Of a DNA stretch of 64,000 nt, positions 33,254 through 41,176 are shown piece by piece. Made by a program: the position numbers and the translations under genes. Positions within the stretch are counted from its first letter, which is position 1. Every line of letters begins with the position of its first letter. This DNA is from Alphaproteobacteria bacterium UBA3773 (GTDB lineage: Bacteria; Pseudomonadota; Alphaproteobacteria; RF32; CAG-239): positions 15,603 to 79,602 of the forward strand of contig DFFP01000013.1 in the NCBI GenBank assembly GCA_002372275.1. Reading direction: 5' to 3'. The notes under the pieces were generated by a model. It searched no databases, was not told where the DNA came from, and was given only the letters and a program-made list of their open reading frames with translations.

Positions 33254-33775
33254 ATGCTCGGACGTTATACTTATACTCTAGGGACATTAACACCAGGAGA
33301 AGAAATTATTCTGGTCGGCAGATTGCATTATTTTGCACTCATCATCCCGTTTACTTTAACTGCTTTAACATTTATTGTAGGTTTTGCAGGCTTAATGGTT
33401 ACATTCGGCGAAAACTACACGACCTATGGTACACTTGGAGTTGTTTTTGTCTGGCTTTGTTTTTTGGCGCTGTTGATTTGTACGATTACTTCTTGGTTTA
33501 AACGAAACCTCATCGAATTTGTTTGTACAAATAAACGTGTTGTTAAAAGAACAGGCATTATTAATGTCACCACAGAAGAGTTAAATCGTGAAAGAATCGA
33601 GTCTGTTGAAATCAGGCAAAGTATTTTCGGTCGTCTTTTCAACTATGGTGATATTCTTTTTTCCGGAACGGGAACTTCTAAGATCGTTTTTAACTTTCTT
33701 AATCAACCGAAATTAATGAAACAAATCATCGACTCGGTGATTTCAACTCCGAAATCCGATGATAATCCTGGATAA
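33254..33775 (+). CDS. Membrane protein with a bacterial PH (YdbS-like) domain
   Basis: RBS GGAGA followed by an ATG at 33254; two TM helices then a PH-like region. Confidence 0.5.
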   Translation: MLGRYTYTLGTLTPGEEIILVGRLHYFALIIPFTLTALTFIVGFAGLMVTFGENYTTYGTLGVVFVWLCFLALLICTITSWFKRNLIEFVCTNKRVVKRTGIINVTTEELNRERIESVEIRQSIFGRLFNYGDILFSGTGTSKIVFNFLNQPKLMKQIIDSVISTPKSDDNPG

Positions 33776-33796
33776 TCAGTCTTATAAACATTAAAA

Positions 33797-33822
33797 AAAC
33801 CTCCTGATCGGAGGTTTTTTTT
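33797..33822. terminator. Bidirectional rho-independent terminator
   Basis: Hairpin aacctcc-tgatc-ggaggtt followed by T9. Confidence 0.75.
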
Positions 33823-33835
33823 AATTTTATTCGCA

Positions 33836-34429
33836 CTATTTTGCTTTTGCTTTCAAATCTTTAATTAAATCATCTACACCGTTCGGAGCTTGTTTGATAA
33901 AGGCGGTGTATTCATTACGTGCCGTAATGGCAAGTGAAACATTTTCAATAATGATATCGACAATTTTAAATGTTTTATTTTGTTCTTTGACACGCCACAC
34001 AACCTTCGCCGGAGCTCCTTCTTTCATTTGAACAGATGTATTTACAAAAATCTGCCCCTCGGAATTTGAAGGTGTTGTCCCTTCAAAATCAAAATGTTTA
34101 CCCTTAAATTCATCAAAACGCTTGGACCATGTTTTGACATTAAACTCGCGATAAACCTCAAGGAAGTCGGCACGCTGTTTTTCATCAGCCGTTTTCCAAT
34201 AACGTCCCAAGACAAATTTTCCGATATAATCTAAATCGAGATATTCATTAAACAGCTTTTCAAATCTTTCATTTTTTTGTGCTTGTGACACATCAGCATT
34301 GATAATTTCTTCAATACCTTCAGTTGTTACTTTTTTAACAAAATTTTCTGCCTTTCCGGCATCTAAAGCATGAGCTTCAAACGAAAAAGTTAAAAGAGCA
34401 GCGGTTAAAAGTGAAATTATTTTTTTCAT
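33836..34429 (-). CDS. mlaC: MlaC/Ttg2D-family phospholipid-binding periplasmic protein
   Basis: Signal peptide plus the toluene-tolerance Ttg2D-like pattern; adjacent to mlaA. Confidence 0.7.
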   Translation of the reverse strand: MKKIISLLTAALLTFSFEAHALDAGKAENFVKKVTTEGIEEIINADVSQAQKNERFEKLFNEYLDLDYIGKFVLGRYWKTADEKQRADFLEVYREFNVKTWSKRFDEFKGKHFDFEGTTPSNSEGQIFVNTSVQMKEGAPAKVVWRVKEQNKTFKIVDIIIENVSLAITARNEYTAFIKQAPNGVDDLIKDLKAKAK

Positions 34430-34451
34430 TATAGTCTCCGTTCAATTTAAG

Positions 34452-35228
34452 TTATTCTTCGTCCATGTCTTCAAAGTCAAAATCATAGCTTTTAGGAGCC
34501 GATTCATCTTTTTGAGCACACAGACTTTCAAATTTTGTTCTGTTTTGTAAGAATGCCGATTTTACGGTTTGATAAAAATCAACCGAGCTTTCTTCCAAAC
34601 CGTCCAAAAGCTCCATATTTTCAGCACGTAAATTAATATATTTCAAACCTGTTCCACCATAAGCAGCCACTTGCCCCCATGTTTCATCTTGTTTATCATA
34701 TAAAGCCAAATACATCGGGTCTGCAAATGCATCTACCCCTTGCCCGACAAGGGATCTGGGCGTTGCAGGTCCTAAAATCGGCATAACGATAAACGGCCCG
34801 TCCGGCATACAATATAAAGACATCGTTGCATCAAAAGTATTTTTGGCCTTTGAAATTCCCCACCCTGAGGCCACATCAAACGTACCAAGCAGCCCAAGCG
34901 TGCTATTTATGGCAAAACGGGCAACCGAAACACCGCTTTTTTTCATGCGACCTTGCAATAAATTGTTGACAGCCGATGCCGGTTCTTCCAGGTTTGCAAA
35001 AAAGTTCGTCACACGATTCCGCATGCTTTTTGTTGTCACAACTTTATAGCCTTTGGCCACCGGCTTTAAAACAGCTTTATCGACCTGATAGTTAAAATTA
35101 AACATCGCTCGGTTATAAACCTCCAATTTTGAAGGTTCATCACTCACATTCATTTTGGTTCCGTTCGGATTTGTGGTGCAGGCACAAAGCAAACCGCTCA
35201 ACAAGAAAATATAAAACTTATTATTCAT
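34452..35228 (-). CDS. mlaA: MlaA/VacJ family outer-membrane lipoprotein
   Basis: Start MNNKFYIFLLSGLLCAC (lipobox) and the VacJ conserved core; the track ORF's N-terminal extension is rejected. Confidence 0.8.
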   Translation of the reverse strand: MNNKFYIFLLSGLLCACTTNPNGTKMNVSDEPSKLEVYNRAMFNFNYQVDKAVLKPVAKGYKVVTTKSMRNRVTNFFANLEEPASAVNNLLQGRMKKSGVSVARFAINSTLGLLGTFDVASGWGISKAKNTFDATMSLYCMPDGPFIVMPILGPATPRSLVGQGVDAFADPMYLALYDKQDETWGQVAAYGGTGLKYINLRAENMELLDGLEESSVDFYQTVKSAFLQNRTKFESLCAQKDESAPKSYDFDFEDMDEE

Positions 35229-35396
35229 TTTTTGTTCCGTTACTGTTTTATTTTTACTTGAATATATCATTATTTAACGTTCAATCAAGACAAATTGTTC
35301 ATTTATGTTACAATTCGGAAATTTTTTGTGTTTTGAAATGAACTCAAAAATAACATACTATCCTTTCCAGTTTGAACTTTAACAAAGGAATATAAA

Positions 35397-36557
35397 ATGA
35401 CAAATCAACCTTCCAAATCCATCGGTCTTTTTGATTGTGCAACTTCTCAAAAAGTCATCGGACAGGAAAAATTTTTAGATTCATTTAGAACAGTATTAAA
35501 CCATGGTGGTTATTGCCAAGGTCCTGAAACAAAAGAACTTGATAATAAATTAGCTGCCTATGCCGGCACAAAATATTGTTCAACATGCGGTTCAGGTACA
35601 GACGCATTAACTCTTGCTTTAATGGCTTGGGGAGTGAAAGAAGGCGATGCCGTGTTTGTCTCGTCGTTTACATTTGTTGCCTCAGCCGAAGCCCCTGTTT
35701 TGCTTGGTGCAACACCTGTTTTCGTTGATTCAAAACCGGATACATACAATATGGATCCCGAAGATTTGAAACGTGCCATTGAAATGGTTAAAAACGAAGG
35801 AAAATTAAACTTAAAAGCTGTTATTCCGGTTGATATTTTCGGAAGTCCGTGTGAATACGACGAAATCATCAAAATTGCCCACGAAAACGGCATGAAAGTT
35901 CTTTCAGATTCATGTCAGAGTTTCGGCTCTGTATATAAAGGTCATCATGCCGGCTCAAACGGCGATATGGCCGCCACTTCATTTTATCCGACAAAACCGC
36001 TCGGCGGTTATGGTGACGGCGGTGCCGTATTTACCAACAGCGAAGAAGAAAACGCACTTGTTCAATCATGTCGTGTTCATGGTATGAGCCCTGAAGATCA
36101 CTATGATAACGTTCGTTTAGGCATGACAGGTCGTATGAATTCGTTCCAAGGTGCTGTGCTTCTTAATAAAATGACAATTTTGGATGATGAACTTCAAAAA
36201 CGTTATGAAGTTGCCAAACGTTATGACAACGAACTCAGTTCATATTATGGCAAACAACGCATTTTAGATGGATGCCGTTCAGCATATGCTTTGTATACCA
36301 TTAACTGCGAACATCGCGATGAATTAATGGCTTATTTAAGAGAGCGCGGTATCGGTTGCGGTGCATATTATCCGAGACCTGTCAATACACAAACAGCTTA
36401 TGCGAAGTGGAATATCAGAAGCTTGCCTGTTTGCGAAAAACTCTCTAAAACAGTTTTAAGCATTCCGATGACACCGTATTTGACAAATGATGAACTTTCT
36501 TACATCATTGAAACGATGAATGAGTTTGCTTCAAATAAAATGTCTAAAGCTGCTTAA
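35397..36557 (+). CDS. DegT/DnrJ/EryC1/StrS family PLP-dependent aminotransferase
   Basis: Fold-type I aminotransferase pattern with the conserved Lys region (FYPTKPLGGYGDGG). Confidence 0.85.
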   Translation: MTNQPSKSIGLFDCATSQKVIGQEKFLDSFRTVLNHGGYCQGPETKELDNKLAAYAGTKYCSTCGSGTDALTLALMAWGVKEGDAVFVSSFTFVASAEAPVLLGATPVFVDSKPDTYNMDPEDLKRAIEMVKNEGKLNLKAVIPVDIFGSPCEYDEIIKIAHENGMKVLSDSCQSFGSVYKGHHAGSNGDMAATSFYPTKPLGGYGDGGAVFTNSEEENALVQSCRVHGMSPEDHYDNVRLGMTGRMNSFQGAVLLNKMTILDDELQKRYEVAKRYDNELSSYYGKQRILDGCRSAYALYTINCEHRDELMAYLRERGIGCGAYYPRPVNTQTAYAKWNIRSLPVCEKLSKTVLSIPMTPYLTNDELSYIIETMNEFASNKMSKAA

Positions 36558-36581
36558 ATCATTGAAAATTTGATAAAAAAA

Positions 36582-36609
36582 GTCCCTACTTTCAGTGGGG
36601 ATTTTTTTT
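36582..36609 (+). terminator. Rho-independent terminator after the DegT gene
   Basis: Hairpin tccctact-ttc-agtgggga followed by T8. Confidence 0.6.
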
Positions 36610-36688
36610 AGACAATAATAAAAAAAACATTTGACAATTTAGACAAATTATTTTATTCTATGGTCAGGTAAATATTTGGAGAATCCCC

Positions 36689-39600
36689 ATGGCAAATGAA
36701 CAAATGAGAAAATTTAACAGTAAAAATTTAGAAGAATATTTGGAAAACGCCGAAAATATTTTTAAGCACGGTTCGTCAGATGAGTTTGCAACCTCGCATG
36801 AACGCGCATTAGAGTATTTAGACGACTTTAATAACGGAAAATTAGATATTGATTTTGATGCAATTGATTCCATGGAGCGTTTTATTGAATATTTTGTCGG
36901 CGGATATAAAGTTGACAACCAAATGATGGCGCTTTACGATAAAGCTATGAAAAGATTAGAAGAATTGCGCAATGCGGCCAAACAGCAACAGCTTGAAGCA
37001 GAAAAGTCGGATTCTCAAGAAGAACTTCAAGCTCAAGAAGATAAAAAACAGCAAGAAAATGCAATTAAGGAAAATACTGAAGAGGTTGAAGTTGCCGATT
37101 TAACAAAGCTTTCAAATGAAAATCCTGAAGATCGCGCTAAAGTTGCACAAGTTCTCGAAGATCATCAAAAAGACTTTCCACTTGTTTATCAAAGTTTCGA
37201 AGAAATTTATCAAGATATTATCAAGGCCTATAAAACAGGCGAAGAAATTGATACACTTAACGATAAAATTCAAACAAAAGCTGACGCCGAAGCAGCACAG
37301 TTCGTGAAAAAAATTGTTGAAGAAAACACAGGCCATCAAGTTCCGACAATCAAAAAAACTTTGGTTATTGAAGACACTCATACTGATCAAGGTATTGATG
37401 ATAAGAAAATCAAAGATGTTGCCGAGCGCATTATAAATAACATAAAAGATACAAATAATCCTAAAGACGGCCGTCTTGATACCATTCAAAAAGAACTTTC
37501 AAGCTTAAATGGCGCTGAAATCGGTGCTCTTTATACCGAAATTGAAGGTAGAGATATTTCAACGAAGATTAAAGATAGATTGAAAACACAGTTATCTTAT
37601 CATTTAACAGAGAAGTTTTTAATCAAAAAAGAAGATCAAAAGCATACTTTTGAAGTTAGAGAAGATGTTGTTAATGCACTGTCTAATGAAGACGCAGCCG
37701 GTTATGTGACAGCTTTAGATATCGTGATGCAAAAGTCATATGATCAAAAGCGCCTTGATGACCTTTATGCCGCATTAAAACGCCGGGCAGAAGAGAAAGA
37801 ACAAACAAAAGTTTTAGATGATCTTTTAGGTCGTATTCGCAGTTTAAATTCGAATGCCAATGAAATCTTTTTAAATAGAGTTCGAATTGAAGCTTTACAT
37901 TCAATGAACAAAATTACGGATGCTGAAAGAACAGAGGCTTTACAAGATTCTCAAAAAGCAGCTCTATTGGTTGCCAATCACGAGTTAGAGCTTTCAGAAA
38001 ATCCGGCTGATCTTCAAACATATCGTGATTTTGTTTTTGATAAGTTGTTTGAAAATAAACAAACAAGAGATCTTGTACCACCGAAATATTTAGCCGCTAA
38101 ATATCTTGAATATGCTCAAAGAGCTGCCACAGAGCAGGATGTACAAAAAGTTCAAGAATATCAACAAAAGTGGCACGCTGTTGCAACCAGAATCCAAGAA
38201 TTAACGGATATGTTCGCCCGTGATGGACACCTGTCAAGGGATTTATATTTTGCTGATATCACCAACATAGCCGATATTTACGATGGATATATGGCCATGT
38301 TTGCCGCTGTTAAACCGGATTTAGAAGCTATGCTTCAAAATCCTCAAACAAAAGAAAGAGCAGAAGCAGATTTAAAGAAAATTGAAACATGCACTCAAAT
38401 TTTAGATGAACGAATCAAAGAATACGATGACGAATGGAATTTGACTCATTTACAAGAAACAGATGCTTTAGATGTTAATTCACGTATTGCCAAGATTCAA
38501 GATCAAATAAAAGACATTAAAGTCGATTCTGAAACCCTTAAACTTGCAAGTAATCTCAAATTCTTGGATGAAAACGGTAATATTGAACCTCAATTTATTG
38601 ATGAAAATGGTAACCAAACAGATGTATATTCCGAAGGTGCTAGGATTATTGAAGGAAGTAAACTTGATCAGCTCATCTATCTTTCCAAACAAGAAGTCAT
38701 TTCTAAAAATGCCGGTTCATCAGAAGAAATTACACCGGAATTTTTACAAAAAGAGCTTTCGGAAACTTTGGCCTCTTCTTTATATGCCATTCATGTTTCT
38801 GATCAAGTATCTAAAGGCGCTATAGAAAAAATTGATCAATTTACCAATAAAGATCATTTTGAAAAATTTAAAAATGATTTAGCGGACACTTCTCATCCGA
38901 TGAAGATCAGTCATCGAGGTTTTGAAGCCGGCAGATTTTCACTTGTTAATCGCTTGGATGCATATCGATCAAGGCTTACTCAAAAAATCGGACGCAATGC
39001 TCTGACAAATCGCGATGCGCATGCTGAAATGATTAAAAGAAAAGCCATGCAACTTGGTATGGCGCTTGGTGTGTCAACGGCCATCGGGCTTGTTTCCCTC
39101 GGAACAAACAAGGTTGTCGGTGCCGGTCTTGGTTGCGCACTGGGTGTAACGCTTTCAATTAAACAAATCCATAATTGGCGCAAACAACAAAAGGCCGAAG
39201 GAAAGCCTGCCGGTTTGAAAGAAATGTTTCATGATCGAAGACTTCGTCAAACAGTTGAAACGACAGCTTTAGCCGGTTGTGCCTTTGGCTTTTTAGCAAC
39301 AGGCAACCCTGATGTGGCCTTAGTTTTAGGAGGAGCCGCAATGGCAGTCGGATCAGTCAATGGCGCCATCTCTGATTATCAAGATGCCCAAAAAATGGGG
39401 ATGGGCAAAGGCTGGGCTGCCCTTTATGGCGCACTAGCGCCTATTATAACTGTCGGAGGAGGTCTTTTAGGCTCACAAGTTGTTGCACCGGGTATTGCAA
39501 ACTATGTTAACGAGCATTTTCCGAATAATACGATTTTCCAGCATAATGAGATCGTAGCTGGTGAAACGAAATCTATCAAAGTTGGAGAACGGACAACTAT

Positions 39601-41176
39601 AGATCAAGAAGCATTAGAAGCTGATTCTTCGCGTTATAACCAGCAATATGATATTGCCGGACGTCTTCATAACGGAATGACTCATGATCAGTATATGCAA
39701 GCCGTTGAAGAGTATAACCTCTCCCATCCGGATGCACCGATTACGCATCCTGATAATTTGTTACAACACGCATATAATGCAGAAAATGTTTATGGTCAGG
39801 GCTGGGCATCTGATCATGGTGTATCAATGACAGATATTAAAACATTGAGTCATTTAATTAATCCGGATGGTTCTATAAATCCTGATGCTGTCCAAGTATA
39901 TGAAAATGGTCAATTTATAAATCATGCCGGTTTAGAAAATTTTGTGGGAAAAGTATCTGATCCCAATATTGAACAAAGAGCTGATTTATATCCGACAAAA
40001 GATCCGCATTCAACCTATTCTGATATGAATCAACCGACAAAAACCGAAGCCATATACCGTGAAGTAACACCCATTGATCGTGTACCAGTGGCAAATCAAG
40101 GTCCTTTAATTATGGCAACTTTTGGCATATTAGATAGAGCCAAACAAAAATTAAGAAATACCAAAGAACGCATCGGCGCTTTGGCGGATATAGTTCTACG
40201 TCGCAAAAAAGACAAGCCTCGTCCCGGACCTCAACCGGTTATTGTTAATCCCCCACACGAGGATGACAATAAGAAGAAAAAGACTTATGTGACACCTGTC
40301 GTGACACAAATTGAAAAAGAACCGGTACATATTCTTCCCTCATCCCCGGCACCTCAACCTACTCCGGTCAAAGAAGATCCGAAACAGGCTCCAACGCCGA
40401 AACCTGAGCCATGGAAAGATAAATTATTGATTGATGAATATAAAATCGTCTATGGTATCGAACCGAAAGTTACTGCTTCTGAAGGTGAAAAGAGCCCTGC
40501 CGAGTTGTACTATGATCGTATTGAAAGTGAGCGTAAAGTTGAAGCTCCTGATTTATCCATGACCGACTATCTTTTAGCTCGTCGTGAAAAATTGGATAAA
40601 CTTGTTGCAACGATTGAAACTCAAGCAAACAATGCTTCTTTTGATCCGACAAAATGTAGAGCCGACTATATGACACGCAAAATAAAAGATCAAAGAGCCG
40701 GTGCAGAAATTGTTGCCAAATCGCGTCAAAGTCTGCAACAAAGTAATTTAACACATGAAAATTACAATCAAAAAGTTACTTTGACTCATTTCTTGAAATA
40801 TATGGAATATTATATTAAAGGGTCTGATGTTGTTGCTGATGGCTCTCGCGATATGACCTTAAATCCCGAGTTAAAACGTGATAATCGCGTAATTCACACA
40901 TATGATATCAATAAAATTTTGCTTGAAGGAAAAGATCCGAGTAGTGATGACAGTAAATTAACTGGCGATGCTCACATCACCTTTGGTGATATCAGAAGAA
41001 TCCATAACGAACGTACACGCGATGAAAAAATCGATGGTATCCATCCACCATTGACAAACGAAGTTGTCGCCAATTTTGCTAATCGCTTGGCAAAACTTGA
41101 TGAGGACAAAGCTAAAAATAACAGTCAGAGCGCTCAAGTTTCTGCTGGCAAAAAAAAAAGATACACGGGCCGATGA
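36689..41176 (+). CDS. Giant modular protein, N-terminal 1,495-aa segment (frame broken at an A10 tract)
   Basis: No signal peptide. Acidic coiled-coil-rich N-terminal ~800 aa, a Gly-rich hydrophobic region (~39040..39500), then the first ~180-aa C-terminal module. It terminates 16 nt after A10 at 41150..41159. Confidence 0.7.
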   Translation: MANEQMRKFNSKNLEEYLENAENIFKHGSSDEFATSHERALEYLDDFNNGKLDIDFDAIDSMERFIEYFVGGYKVDNQMMALYDKAMKRLEELRNAAKQQQLEAEKSDSQEELQAQEDKKQQENAIKENTEEVEVADLTKLSNENPEDRAKVAQVLEDHQKDFPLVYQSFEEIYQDIIKAYKTGEEIDTLNDKIQTKADAEAAQFVKKIVEENTGHQVPTIKKTLVIEDTHTDQGIDDKKIKDVAERIINNIKDTNNPKDGRLDTIQKELSSLNGAEIGALYTEIEGRDISTKIKDRLKTQLSYHLTEKFLIKKEDQKHTFEVREDVVNALSNEDAAGYVTALDIVMQKSYDQKRLDDLYAALKRRAEEKEQTKVLDDLLGRIRSLNSNANEIFLNRVRIEALHSMNKITDAERTEALQDSQKAALLVANHELELSENPADLQTYRDFVFDKLFENKQTRDLVPPKYLAAKYLEYAQRAATEQDVQKVQEYQQKWHAVATRIQELTDMFARDGHLSRDLYFADITNIADIYDGYMAMFAAVKPDLEAMLQNPQTKERAEADLKKIETCTQILDERIKEYDDEWNLTHLQETDALDVNSRIAKIQDQIKDIKVDSETLKLASNLKFLDENGNIEPQFIDENGNQTDVYSEGARIIEGSKLDQLIYLSKQEVISKNAGSSEEITPEFLQKELSETLASSLYAIHVSDQVSKGAIEKIDQFTNKDHFEKFKNDLADTSHPMKISHRGFEAGRFSLVNRLDAYRSRLTQKIGRNALTNRDAHAEMIKRKAMQLGMALGVSTAIGLVSLGTNKVVGAGLGCALGVTLSIKQIHNWRKQQKAEGKPAGLKEMFHDRRLRQTVETTALAGCAFGFLATGNPDVALVLGGAAMAVGSVNGAISDYQDAQKMGMGKGWAALYGALAPIITVGGGLLGSQVVAPGIANYVNEHFPNNTIFQHNEIVAGETKSIKVGERTTIDQEALEADSSRYNQQYDIAGRLHNGMTHDQYMQAVEEYNLSHPDAPITHPDNLLQHAYNAENVYGQGWASDHGVSMTDIKTLSHLINPDGSINPDAVQVYENGQFINHAGLENFVGKVSDPNIEQRADLYPTKDPHSTYSDMNQPTKTEAIYREVTPIDRVPVANQGPLIMATFGILDRAKQKLRNTKERIGALADIVLRRKKDKPRPGPQPVIVNPPHEDDNKKKKTYVTPVVTQIEKEPVHILPSSPAPQPTPVKEDPKQAPTPKPEPWKDKLLIDEYKIVYGIEPKVTASEGEKSPAELYYDRIESERKVEAPDLSMTDYLLARREKLDKLVATIETQANNASFDPTKCRADYMTRKIKDQRAGAEIVAKSRQSLQQSNLTHENYNQKVTLTHFLKYMEYYIKGSDVVADGSRDMTLNPELKRDNRVIHTYDINKILLEGKDPSSDDSKLTGDAHITFGDIRRIHNERTRDEKIDGIHPPLTNEVVANFANRLAKLDEDKAKNNSQSAQVSAGKKKRYTGR

